Notes under the pieces: model-generated
What the model was told of the DNA's origin: nothing
The model's database searches: none
What the model saw: the letters and a program-made list of their open reading frames with translations, nothing else
Translations under genes and position numbers: made by a program
Source: Candidatus Eiseniibacteriota bacterium
Lineage (GTDB): Bacteria; Eisenbacteria; RBG-16-71-46
Reading direction: 5' to 3'
Assembly (NCBI GenBank): GCA_963717505.1
Contig: OY970342.1
Span: 224,001-288,000 of the forward strand
Length of the DNA: 64,000 bases
Part shown: in pieces, positions 24,294 through 35,876 of the stretch
Numbering within the stretch: position 1 is the first letter of the stretch
How the letters are laid out: every line of letters starts with the position of its first letter

Positions 24294-26204
24294 ATGCCCC
24301 CAGACGCCGATCGACCGATGGCGGGGACCCCGCGGGCCGGCCGCCGGGTGCCGTTTGGCCTCGCCCTCGGCGCCATTGTCGCGCTCGCCCTGGCGCTGCG
24401 CGCCGGCTACCTGATCCAGGTCGTCTCGCTCCCGTTCTTCGACCATCCGGTGGGTGACAGTGCGGCCTACCTAGCTCGCGCCGCCGAGATCGGCGACGGG
24501 CGCTGGCTGCCGGAACGCCCCTTCTTCTACGGCAGCATCTACTACCCCTACTTGATCGCGCTGATCGACTCGGTGACACGACACGCGGTCCTCGTGGTTT
24601 GCGTCCTTCAGATCCTCGCGGGTGCGACGCTGGTCGGGCTGGTCGGACTGCTGGCGCGCCGGTGGTTCGGCGACGCCGTGGCGCTCGCGACCGCAGCACT
24701 CGCCGCCTTGTACGGGCCGTTCGCCTTCCTCGAGGCCGACTTGATCGGCGTCGTCTGGGGTTTGCTGGGCGTCGTGCTCGCCCTGTTGGGGTGCGAGCGC
24801 TGGGAGCGTCTCTCCTCGGAGGGAACCGTCCGCGCGCGCATGCTCCTCGCGGGGATCGGATTCGCGCTCGGGCTCGTGGCGCTCGAACGCCCGAATCTGC
24901 TGGTGCTGGTTCCGGTCGTCGCGGGATGGTGTTTCTGGGTGGCGCGCGCGCGGCCGCGAACCGTGTGGACGGCGGCGGTGCCGATCTTCATGGTTCTCGT
25001 GGGCGCCGCGCTTCCGGTTCTTGCCGTCGGAGCCCTGAACCTGGCGGGGACCGGGCGCTGGATTCCGATGACGACCTCGACCGGGATCAATCTCGCAGTC
25101 GGATACCACGCACGCGCCACGGGCACCTTCGAAGAGCCGTGGACCACCAGTCAGCTCACCTCCAGAAACACCGACATCGAGCAGGCCAGCGTTCTGGTGG
25201 CGTCACGCGAGTCCGGCCGTGCGCTGACGCCGGAGGAAGCGTCGACCTACTGGGCACACCGGGCGATCGAATTCGTGCGGGCGGAGCCCGGGGCGGCCGC
25301 GGCGGTCACCGCCCGAAGAGCGCTGTTGCTCCTGAACGGTGTCGAGATTCCGAATCACCTGAACTTCGCGTTCATGCAACAGAAGGCCGGGGCGCTTCGG
25401 CTCATGCCCGTCGGCTTCTCCGTGCTGCTGGCACTCGCCGCCGCCGGGTCTGTTGCCGCCTGGCCCGACGGCCGCTCATGGCGTGGAGCCGCGCTCTTCG
25501 TGTGGGTGGCGGTGGCCGCCGGCGCGAGCCTGCTGCCGTTCTTCGTCGCGGATCGCTATCGGGCTCCGATCGTGCCGTCACTGCTGCCCCTGGCGGGCCT
25601 CGGGGCGATTGCCTTAGGCCAGCTCCTGACCCGGAGCGACCGGCGGCGTGAACCGCGTGTCGCCTTCGTTGTCGCGGCGGCGCTCGCGGGTCTGGTCGTC
25701 GCCGGCCTGCCGCTCTCGCGCCCGCAACCGGCACGCGACCACTGGCTGTTCGCCCAGGCGTACGAAGCGCGTGGCGACCACCGCCAGGCCGCCCGCGCCT
25801 ACGAAGCGGCGTTGAGTTCCGAGGGGGATCAGGCCGAGATCCTCAACAATCTCGGCGTCACCTACCGCAAGCTGGGCGCCGTGGCGCCCGCCGAGTCCGC
25901 GTTCCGGCGCGCGATCGCCGCGAGTCCGACCCTCGCCTATCCGCGCAAGAACTTGGGGCTACTGATGGTCTCGACGCATCGGTGGCAGGAGGCGTTGCCG
26001 CAGTTCGAGGCCGCTGCGGAGCGGGATCCGGGCGACTCGGAAACCTGGGCCATGATCGCGGGCCTGCTCGCCGAGCGGGGCGAGCATGTTCGAGCCGCGG
26101 CTGCGTTCCGGCAAGCGTGGCGTCTCGCGCCGGGGGATCGCAGGCTGGAGCGTCTCGCGAAGGACTATCCGTCGCTCACCGGGACGGCGCCCACTTCGCC
26201 GTAG
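24294..26204 (+). CDS. GT-C fold membrane glycosyltransferase with C-terminal TPRs
   Basis: LALR...GDSAAY, YPYLIA, ERPN, STGINL.VGY, DRYRAP. TPRs include EILNNLGVTYRKLG and KNLGLL. Confidence 0.8.
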   Translation: MPPDADRPMAGTPRAGRRVPFGLALGAIVALALALRAGYLIQVVSLPFFDHPVGDSAAYLARAAEIGDGRWLPERPFFYGSIYYPYLIALIDSVTRHAVLVVCVLQILAGATLVGLVGLLARRWFGDAVALATAALAALYGPFAFLEADLIGVVWGLLGVVLALLGCERWERLSSEGTVRARMLLAGIGFALGLVALERPNLLVLVPVVAGWCFWVARARPRTVWTAAVPIFMVLVGAALPVLAVGALNLAGTGRWIPMTTSTGINLAVGYHARATGTFEEPWTTSQLTSRNTDIEQASVLVASRESGRALTPEEASTYWAHRAIEFVRAEPGAAAAVTARRALLLLNGVEIPNHLNFAFMQQKAGALRLMPVGFSVLLALAAAGSVAAWPDGRSWRGAALFVWVAVAAGASLLPFFVADRYRAPIVPSLLPLAGLGAIALGQLLTRSDRRREPRVAFVVAAALAGLVVAGLPLSRPQPARDHWLFAQAYEARGDHRQAARAYEAALSSEGDQAEILNNLGVTYRKLGAVAPAESAFRRAIAASPTLAYPRKNLGLLMVSTHRWQEALPQFEAAAERDPGDSETWAMIAGLLAERGEHVRAAAAFRQAWRLAPGDRRLERLAKDYPSLTGTAPTSP

Positions 26205-27519
26205 CCGCGCGGATCCGGGCCGGATCGCCGGCTTCGGTCCACGCGAAGATCACGCGATCGCCGCTGCGTACCATGCGCGGAAATCCGCTCGCGCGCTTGG
26301 CCGAGGTGAAAGCGACCGTTACCGGGTCGCCCATCGTGCCGTCGGCGCCGATCTCGCGGACCAGAATGCGGGCGCCTCCCGACTCGGCCTGAATCCACGA
26401 GACCAATGCAGCGCCGTCGGGACGGATCACCGCGTCCACGCGGCCCAGCGTCCCCTTGCCCCCCGGCGTGTCGATCCGAACCGGCGGATCGAATCGGACG
26501 CCGCCGTCGCTCGATCGCGCCACGTACACGGCGGGATCGTCGTTGGCGCCGGTGTACCATGCCGCCACGACGCGCTCGCCGGCTGCATCCATCGCAGGGC
26601 CGTTCACCGGACAAGCCGCCATCTTCCAGCGCTCGTTGCCGATCGGCGAAGCCTCGCTCCATTTCAAGAAGGAGCGGGTCTCGCCCTCGGCATTGTTGCT
26701 CCCGAGTCTGCCCCTCATCAGCGACACGTCCCGGATCTCGTCGGCCTCGCGATCCCGGTAGGCGACGATCACGTCCACAGACGAGGTCGCGACCATGGCG
26801 GTCGGGCAGCAGTCGCACACCCGGCCGTCCAGTTCGGCCTCATTCCCCAACGCTCCGTCTCGATCGATCGTCGCGGTGCGCAGCGTCATCTCGGCGCCGT
26901 GGCCGTGGTCCGATTCGTGGCCGGCCTCCGCGATGGCGGACTTCCTGCCGTCGAGCCACACGGCGCGCACGTGGTCGCCCTCGGGCACGAGCGACACGAA
27001 GCCGTGCTCGGTCGCCGTCCGGTCGCGGTGCGGCGTGACGGGTGCGCTCCACGTCCGGCCGCCATTGAAGGACTGGGCGATGCGCACGTCGTAGCTGTAC
27101 GGACCGGCGCCGCTCTTCCACGGCCACGACAGCGCCAGGCGGCCATCGCCCATCGCGAGCAGGATCGGCGTGTCGGCCCAGTTCACGAAGAACGAGTCGC
27201 CGGCGGCTGCCGCGTTCGGCGTGCTCCAGCGCGATCCGTCGAGCTTCGAGACCTTGAGCACGTGCCCGCCCTCATGGCGCCGCTCGAACCAGCTCGCATA
27301 CACTGCGCCCGCGGAGTCGGCGGTGAGACAGGGTTCGCCGGCGTTCAACCAGGCAGGGAACGTCAGCGAACGAATTGGGCCGAGCGTTCCGGCGGCGGGT
27401 TTGGCCGCGAACGAAGGAGCCGCGAGGGCCGAGCCGACCGTAAGCACTGCAGCGGTGCACCACGCACGCACCAGGGCGGCAAGGGCCGCGCTCGCGTTGA
27501 CCCGGAAGCGCATACTCAA
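26176..27519 (-). CDS. Exported BNR/Asp-box (sialidase-fold-like) protein with His/Cys motifs
   Basis: Asp boxes SFNGGRTW and SSDGGVRF. Motifs FVNWADTP, HRD..EHGF, VWLDGR, VCDCCPT and CPVNGP. Confidence 0.8.
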   Translation of the reverse strand: MSMRFRVNASAALAALVRAWCTAAVLTVGSALAAPSFAAKPAAGTLGPIRSLTFPAWLNAGEPCLTADSAGAVYASWFERRHEGGHVLKVSKLDGSRWSTPNAAAAGDSFFVNWADTPILLAMGDGRLALSWPWKSGAGPYSYDVRIAQSFNGGRTWSAPVTPHRDRTATEHGFVSLVPEGDHVRAVWLDGRKSAIAEAGHESDHGHGAEMTLRTATIDRDGALGNEAELDGRVCDCCPTAMVATSSVDVIVAYRDREADEIRDVSLMRGRLGSNNAEGETRSFLKWSEASPIGNERWKMAACPVNGPAMDAAGERVVAAWYTGANDDPAVYVARSSDGGVRFDPPVRIDTPGGKGTLGRVDAVIRPDGAALVSWIQAESGGARILVREIGADGTMGDPVTVAFTSAKRASGFPRMVRSGDRVIFAWTEAGDPARIRAATAKWAPSR

Positions 27520-28181
27520 GGCAGGGAACCGATCAGCGCCTTGGCCTCGGTCGGCAGATTGGGCGCCTGATGATCGAATAGCAGTTGCCTGGGCGTCACC
27601 TTGGCGCCATAGAATTCATGATTGGATCGCTCGTCGGGCCCGATCCGGGCGCCCTCGAGCGAGACGCCGGCAAAGAGTCCCTTCGAGCTGGCGTACGAGT
27701 AGATCTCGGCATCGAGGTTGAGGTCGGTCGAGGCCTCCGCGCTGCGGCCCATCGGGCCGGCGGCCACGCTGGCGTTGCCGCCGAGCGTGAACTTGCTCTG
27801 GAGCAACGAACGCGCGCTGCGTTCAGTCATGAAGAACAGCACCAGGTCGCTCGACTCGCCTCCGATCTGGAAGCCGAAGCTGCCGCCCCCCATGGTGAAG
27901 AACGCGGGCGGGCTCCAACCGGTCGAATCGCGGCAGGTGACGATGCCGCGGCCAAAGCGTGCGCCTATGCCCATCGCGCCTTTGATCACGTCCGGGAAGA
28001 TTCCGATGCAGTCGCACTTCTCGAGCAGGGCCTGGGGCACTCCCTGATCGGGCGCCTCGATCAACTCGGTCAATACCTCGCGGCAGAGACCGACGCGATC
28101 TCCCTGGGCTTCGCCCGTCGCCGCGGCGATCTCGGCCGAACCCAGCAAGCTCAGAACGACGATCACGAAACGCATGCGCAT
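27516..28181 (-). CDS. SYLF/Ysc84 lipid-binding domain protein
   Basis: IFPDVIKG..GIGARFGRG, WSPPAF..GGSFGFQIGGES.DLVL, TLGGNASVAAGPMGR, IYSYASSKGLFAGVSLEG. Confidence 0.92.
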   Translation of the reverse strand: MRMRFVIVVLSLLGSAEIAAATGEAQGDRVGLCREVLTELIEAPDQGVPQALLEKCDCIGIFPDVIKGAMGIGARFGRGIVTCRDSTGWSPPAFFTMGGGSFGFQIGGESSDLVLFFMTERSARSLLQSKFTLGGNASVAAGPMGRSAEASTDLNLDAEIYSYASSKGLFAGVSLEGARIGPDERSNHEFYGAKVTPRQLLFDHQAPNLPTEAKALIGSLP

Positions 28182-28195
28182 GGGTTCCTCCCTGA

Positions 28196-30370
<2,175 letters not shown>

Positions 30371-30397
30371 TGGGTTCGAAGCATTCACGGAGGTCTC

Positions 30398-32281
30398 GTG
30401 GCGCGCACCAATCCTGAGATCGCGCAGGTCTTCGCGCGGATCGCCACCGCCCTCGAGCTGGACGGCGCGAATCCGTTCCGCATTCGCGCGTATCAGGAGG
30501 CAGCCCGCCTGATCGAGAGCAATCCCGAGCCTATGGCGGCACTCGCCGGCGAAGAAGGTCGGCTGGAAGCGATCCGAGGCATCGGCAAGGACCTGGCGGG
30601 CAAGATCCGCGACGTGGTCACCACCGGCACCACGCCGTTGTTCGAGGAACTCAAGGACAAGTACCCCGAGGAGGTCCTGGACCTGACGCGTATCCAGGGC
30701 CTGGGGCCCAAGCGCGTGAAGCTGTTGTTCGACACGCTCGGCGTGCGCAGCCGCGCCGACCTCGAGGCCGCGGCCCGGGCCGGCAAGGTGCGCGAGCTGC
30801 CGCGCTTCGGCGAGACCGTCGAGCAGAACATCCTGAAAGCACTGGCGGCCGCCGCCGCACTCCCCGACGTCGGGCGCGTGCTGCTCGCCGGCGCGTGGGC
30901 GGCGGCACACGACCTGGCGGAACAGCTGCGCAAGGTGCGCGGCGTCGAGCAGGTCGAGATCGCCGGGTCGTTCCGGCGGCGGCGCGAAACCGTCGGTGAC
31001 CTCGACCTGCTGGTGAGCGGCGGCGACGTCGGCGCCGTGATGGAGGCGTTCACCGCGCACACCAGCGTCGCCTCGGTGCTCGGCCGCGGCGAAACCCGCT
31101 CGTCGGTGCGGCTCGCGAACGGCCTCCAGGTCGACGTCCGCGTCGTGCCGCCGGCCGCGTTCGGCGCGGCCCTCCTCTACTTCACCGGCAGCAAGGCGCA
31201 CAACATCGAGCTGCGCAAGCTGGCGATCGAGAACGGCTGGTCGCTCAGCGAGTACGGGCTGACCAAGGGCGACAAGGTGCTGGCCGCGCGCACCGAGGAA
31301 GAGGTTTACGCCAAGCTCGGCCTGGCGTGGATTCCGCCCGAGATGCGCGAGGCGATCGGCGAGATCGAGCTGGCGCGCGCCGGCAAGCTGCCGCGCCTGA
31401 TCGAGCAGGACGATCTGGTGGCCGACCTGCACATGCACACCGATCGCACCGACGGCCGGGAACCGCTCGAGGTCATGGTGCGCGCTGCGCGCGACCGCGG
31501 CTACGAGTACGTGGCGATCACAGAGCACTCGAAGTCGCTGGCGATGACCTTCGGCTTCGACGGCGCGCGCGTCCGCAAGTCGATCGACGAGATCGCCAAA
31601 GTGCGCAAGCAGGTGCCGGGGATCCACGTCCTGCACGGACTCGAGGTCGACATCCTGGCCGACGGCGAGCTGGACCTGGACGACGAATCGCTGGCGCTGC
31701 TCGATTGGGTGCTGGTCGCCATCCACGGCCACACGCAACAGAGCCCGGCCCAGGCCACCGAGCGCGTGCTGCGCGCGATCTCGAACCCGTACGTGCACGC
31801 CATGGCGCACCCGACCGCGCGCAAGATCGGCCAGCGTGAACCGGTGCCGTTCGACCAGGAACGTGTGTTCGATCGCGCCGCCGAGCTGGGCGTGGCGATG
31901 GAGATCAACGGCCAGCCCGACCGCACCGACCTCTCGGACGTCCATGCGCGCCGTGCGCGCGAGAAAGGTGTGCGCTTCGTGATCGATACCGACGCGCACA
32001 GCATTCCGCAGCTCGACTTCATGCGCTACGGGGTGTTCGCGGCGCGGCGGGCGTGGCTGACCAAGGACCTGGTGCTGAACGCGTTGCCGTTCGCGCGCTT
32101 CGACAAGTGGCGCGGCGGCAAGCGGCAGGGCGCTCGTCCGGCGGCGACGAAAGCCGCCCGCACCGCTGCGTCGGCAGCCCAGGGCCCGCGGCCCACCCGA
32201 AAACCCGCGACCGCGAAGTCTTCGACCCCACGACGAACCACTCGCAGGACCGCCCCTCGGGGCCGAAAGGAGAAGTCATGA
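30398..32281 (+). CDS. polX: DNA polymerase X with PHP exonuclease domain
   Basis: NPFRIRAY, AGSFRRRRETVGDLD, VDVR and YFTGSKAHN. PHP motifs DLHMHT..DG, EHS, AHP and TDAH. Confidence 0.96.
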   Translation: MARTNPEIAQVFARIATALELDGANPFRIRAYQEAARLIESNPEPMAALAGEEGRLEAIRGIGKDLAGKIRDVVTTGTTPLFEELKDKYPEEVLDLTRIQGLGPKRVKLLFDTLGVRSRADLEAAARAGKVRELPRFGETVEQNILKALAAAAALPDVGRVLLAGAWAAAHDLAEQLRKVRGVEQVEIAGSFRRRRETVGDLDLLVSGGDVGAVMEAFTAHTSVASVLGRGETRSSVRLANGLQVDVRVVPPAAFGAALLYFTGSKAHNIELRKLAIENGWSLSEYGLTKGDKVLAARTEEEVYAKLGLAWIPPEMREAIGEIELARAGKLPRLIEQDDLVADLHMHTDRTDGREPLEVMVRAARDRGYEYVAITEHSKSLAMTFGFDGARVRKSIDEIAKVRKQVPGIHVLHGLEVDILADGELDLDDESLALLDWVLVAIHGHTQQSPAQATERVLRAISNPYVHAMAHPTARKIGQREPVPFDQERVFDRAAELGVAMEINGQPDRTDLSDVHARRAREKGVRFVIDTDAHSIPQLDFMRYGVFAARRAWLTKDLVLNALPFARFDKWRGGKRQGARPAATKAARTAASAAQGPRPTRKPATAKSSTPRRTTRRTAPRGRKEKS

Positions 32282-32631
32282 TTCCGAGAGAGGCCACGCT
32301 GCTTCGCGTGTTCATCGGCGAGAGCGATCGCTGCGACGGCCGGCCACTGTACGAGGCCATCGTGCTCAAGGCCCGCGAGCTGCATCTGGCCGGGGCCACC
32401 GTGCTGCGCGGCATCATGGGGTTCGGCCGCAGCTCGCGCCTGCACACGGCCAAGGTTCTGCGCCTGTCCGAGGATCTGCCGATCGTGGTCGAGATCACCG
32501 ACGACGAGGCCAGGATCCAGACCCTGTTGCCCTGGCTCGAGCAAGTGGTCACCGGCGGATTGATCACGATGGAGCGGGCGCATGCGATTCGTTACGCGGG
32601 ACGCGGGCCGGCAGAACGCGAGGGGGCGTGA
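32278..32631 (+). CDS. DUF190 (PII-like) protein
   Basis: LLRVFIGESD...LYEAIV..A..LAGATVLRGIMGFG..SRLH..LSEDLPIVVEI. Confidence 0.93.
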   Translation: MIPREATLLRVFIGESDRCDGRPLYEAIVLKARELHLAGATVLRGIMGFGRSSRLHTAKVLRLSEDLPIVVEITDDEARIQTLLPWLEQVVTGGLITMERAHAIRYAGRGPAEREGA

Positions 32632-32668
32632 TGGTCCCCCGCCCGAAGGCCTCCGCGAGGGCCTGCTG

Positions 32669-33055
32669 ATGAGCCCGACCTTCCAGACCTTGCTCCTGGT
32701 CGCCCTCGGCGGCGCCGCCGGCACCCTCCTGCGATTCGCGCTCGGCGGCTGGCTGGCGCGTGCCACGGGCGGCGTATTCCCGTGGGAAACCCTGATCATC
32801 AACGTCGCGGGCTGCCTTGGGGTGGGCGTCGTTGCCGGGGCGCTCGATCGCGGAGCGCTGCTGTCGCCGCCGGTGCGGATGGCCCTGATGGTCGGGCTGT
32901 TCGGCGGCTTCACGACGTTTTCGACGTTCGCGCTGGAGACCCTGCGGCTCGCATCGGCGGCTCAATGGGGAGGCGTGCTGGCCTACGTCACCCTGTCGAA
33001 CGCGCTCGGACTCGGCGCCGCGTGGCTGGGCCACCGCGTTGCGTTCTGGGCTTAG
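32669..33055 (+). CDS. crcB: Fluoride channel FluC/CrcB
   Basis: VALGGAAGTLLRF, FPWETLIINVAG, GLFGGFTTFSTF..E. Adjacent to DUF190. Confidence 0.95.
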   Translation: MSPTFQTLLLVALGGAAGTLLRFALGGWLARATGGVFPWETLIINVAGCLGVGVVAGALDRGALLSPPVRMALMVGLFGGFTTFSTFALETLRLASAAQWGGVLAYVTLSNALGLGAAWLGHRVAFWA

Positions 33056-33168
33056 CAGGTTCCCGGTCGCAGCAGAAACTCCACGAGAAAACGCACTCGG
33101 CAACCGCACTCGCACTCGGCTACACTCATCCCCCTGACTTTCGACCCGGCCGACCAGGATCAACCCCC

Positions 33169-34527
33169 ATGCGACTTCCCGCGATTGCACTGGCCGCTGC
33201 ACTGCTCCTGACGCTACGCGTCTCCCCCGCACCCGCCGCCGTCCCGGCCAACTTCGTCGATCAACCCGTGGTCAACATGCTCGAGGCCCCGGTCGGATTC
33301 GCGTTCCTGCCCGACGGGCGCATCCTCGTGGTCGAGCAGACGACCGGAAACATCAAGCTCCACACGGCGATCTTCCCGGTGACGCTCGCCACGCTTCCCG
33401 ACTTCCAGGTCAGCTACGAGGAAGGATTGCTCGGGATCGCGGTCGACCCGCGCTGGCCGACCAAGCCGCACATCTACGTGCACTACACCAGCAACGAGTC
33501 CCCGAGCATGATTCACATCACGCGGTTCACGCTGGCGGGTGATCTGACCGGAACCAGCGGCGGCGCCATGACGCTCGACCTCGGAACGCGTTACGAAATC
33601 CTGAGCGACATTCCGAACCTGAACTTCAATCACAACGGCGGCACGGTGCGCTTCGGCCCCGACCAGATGTTGTACGCAAGCGTGGGCGACGACAATCTCG
33701 CCTGCAATACCGCGCAGGATTCGACACAGCTGAGCGGCAAGATCCTGAGGCTCGACATTCGAGGCCTGCCCGACGGCCCCGGCGGCCCGGCCGACAAGGC
33801 GACGATCGCGCCGGCCGACAACCCGGCCGCTTCGCACCCCAACCTGAACGCCCGACTGGTGTGGGCCATGGGGCTGCGCAACCCGTTCCGCTTCCACATC
33901 GACGCGCTGACCGGCGACCTCTTGATTGCCGACGTCGGCCAAACGGAGTGGGAGGAAGTCGACCTGGCCGAGACCGGAGGCCTCAACTTCGGTTGGCCGT
34001 GGCGCGAGGGTCCCGTCCCATTCAGCGGCTGCGCGACCGACCCGACTTCGGGCTTCACCGACCCGATCTATTCGTTCGACCACAGTGTCGGCGCGTCGGT
34101 GATCAGCGCCGGGGTCTATCGGCAGAACGGCGGCGCCAGCCAGTTCCCCAGCGACTATGAAGGCGACATTTTCTTCAGCGACTACTTCAGCGGCGAGATC
34201 TATCGGCTGAAGAACATTGGCAGCGGGTGGACGATCGCGCCCCCGGTGCCCGGACAGCCCTCGCCCACCGCCTGGGCCGACGGGTTCTTTGGAGTGACCG
34301 ACTTCGCGATCGGGCCCGATGGCGCGCTGTGGTACCTGCGCCAGGGAACCGACGAACGCATCCATCGTATCGCCTACGTCGGGCCCACCGCGGTCGACCC
34401 GTCGTTCACCCCGGCGCCTTCGCCGGACCGCGCCTTCTACGACCTGCAAGGCCGGCGTGTCGACGAGCCCAAACAGAATGGTCTCTACTTCACGCGGGAG
34501 GGCCGTCGCAAGGTCGTCGTGAGGTAA
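33169..34527 (+). CDS. Secreted PQQ-dependent glucose/sorbosone dehydrogenase (GSDH) family protein, copy 1, with short C-terminal sorting-like tail
   Basis: FLPDGRILV.E, EEGLLGIAVDP, NHNGG..FGPD..LY.SVGD, GKILRLD, GLRNPFR, DVGQ..WEE, NFGWP..EG. Confidence 0.9.
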   Translation: MRLPAIALAAALLLTLRVSPAPAAVPANFVDQPVVNMLEAPVGFAFLPDGRILVVEQTTGNIKLHTAIFPVTLATLPDFQVSYEEGLLGIAVDPRWPTKPHIYVHYTSNESPSMIHITRFTLAGDLTGTSGGAMTLDLGTRYEILSDIPNLNFNHNGGTVRFGPDQMLYASVGDDNLACNTAQDSTQLSGKILRLDIRGLPDGPGGPADKATIAPADNPAASHPNLNARLVWAMGLRNPFRFHIDALTGDLLIADVGQTEWEEVDLAETGGLNFGWPWREGPVPFSGCATDPTSGFTDPIYSFDHSVGASVISAGVYRQNGGASQFPSDYEGDIFFSDYFSGEIYRLKNIGSGWTIAPPVPGQPSPTAWADGFFGVTDFAIGPDGALWYLRQGTDERIHRIAYVGPTAVDPSFTPAPSPDRAFYDLQGRRVDEPKQNGLYFTREGRRKVVVR

Positions 34528-34532
34528 GCGTC

Positions 34533-35876
34533 ATGCGAATCGCTGCCTGCCTTGCCTTGTTCCTCCTTTCGGCTCCTGCCGTGGCGCCCGCGGCAACGCC
34601 CACGGACTTCATCGACGAACTCAGAGCCAGCGGACTCAGCGAACCGGTCGGCATGGCATTCCTGCCCGACGGCCGGCTGCTGGTGGTCGAGCAATTCAGC
34701 GCCGCAATCAAGATGGTTCGCAACGGCGTCGTCAGCACGTTGACGGTGGTCCCCAACGTCCAGACCGGCGGCGAGCAGGGGCTGCTCGGCATCGCGGTCG
34801 ATCCGCGCTGGCCATTCCAACCGCACATCTACGTGCACTACACGTTCGCGGAATTGCCGGGGACAATCCGCATTTCGCGCTTCACGCTTTCCGGGGATCT
34901 CACCAACACGGAAAACGGATCTCTCACGCTCATCCCCGGCTTGCGCTACGACCTGATCACCGACATCGCGAACGACTTCACCAACCACAACGGCGGCACC
35001 GTCCGCTTCGGCCCCGACGGCATGCTGTACGTGAGCCTGGGCGAGGATGCGCGCGCGTGCCTCGCCCAGGACTCGACCGAACTCAACGGCAAGATCCTGC
35101 GACTCGACGTCACCCGGCTTCCCATAACGCCCGGAGGTCCGCCCGCCCGGTCGTTGATCACCCCGCCCGACAACCCGTTCGTCAACCACCCGAATGCCAA
35201 CGCCCGCCTGGTGTGGGCGATGGGGCTTCGGAATCCGTTCCGCTTCCACATCGACGCGCCGACCGGCGATTTGTTCATTGCCGACGTCGGACAGAGCGCG
35301 TGGGAAGAGATCGACCACGCGACCGGACCCGGACTCAACTTCGGCTGGCCGTGGCGCGAAGGCCCCGATCCCCTGGGCGCGTGCGGGAGCGGACCGACCA
35401 CCGGATTCACGCCGCCGATCCATGCTTTCGATCACGACATCATGACGGTCGCAATCAGCGCAGGGCTCTATCGGAGGAACGGAGGCGCACTCCAGTTTCC
35501 TTACTCCTACGAGGGCGACTACTTCTTCTCGTCCTACTACGACGGCGCGCTGTATCGACTCAAGGAGTCGGGCGGCTCGTGGTTCATCGCGCCCCAGGTT
35601 CCCGGCCAGACGGGCCTCGCGTGGGCGACCGGACTCCAGAATGCCGCCGACTTCGCGATCGGTCCCGACGGCGGCCTGTGGTACTGCCGCCAGGGTGTGG
35701 GCACCGTCCGGCGGATCTCGTTCATCGGCGTCACGGCGGTCGACCCGGCGCCCCTCCCGGGCCCGGATCCCGAGGACCGCGCCTACTACGACCTGCAGGG
35801 CAGGCGGGTGGACGAACCCAAGCAAAATGGGCTCTACTTCACCCGTGACGGCAGGCGTAAGGTCGTACTTCGCTAG
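34533..35876 (+). CDS. Secreted GSDH-family dehydrogenase, copy 2
   Basis: Same motifs as copy 1. Signal peptide MRIAACLALFLLSAPAVAPA. Confidence 0.9.
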   Translation: MRIAACLALFLLSAPAVAPAATPTDFIDELRASGLSEPVGMAFLPDGRLLVVEQFSAAIKMVRNGVVSTLTVVPNVQTGGEQGLLGIAVDPRWPFQPHIYVHYTFAELPGTIRISRFTLSGDLTNTENGSLTLIPGLRYDLITDIANDFTNHNGGTVRFGPDGMLYVSLGEDARACLAQDSTELNGKILRLDVTRLPITPGGPPARSLITPPDNPFVNHPNANARLVWAMGLRNPFRFHIDAPTGDLFIADVGQSAWEEIDHATGPGLNFGWPWREGPDPLGACGSGPTTGFTPPIHAFDHDIMTVAISAGLYRRNGGALQFPYSYEGDYFFSSYYDGALYRLKESGGSWFIAPQVPGQTGLAWATGLQNAADFAIGPDGGLWYCRQGVGTVRRISFIGVTAVDPAPLPGPDPEDRAYYDLQGRRVDEPKQNGLYFTRDGRRKVVLR

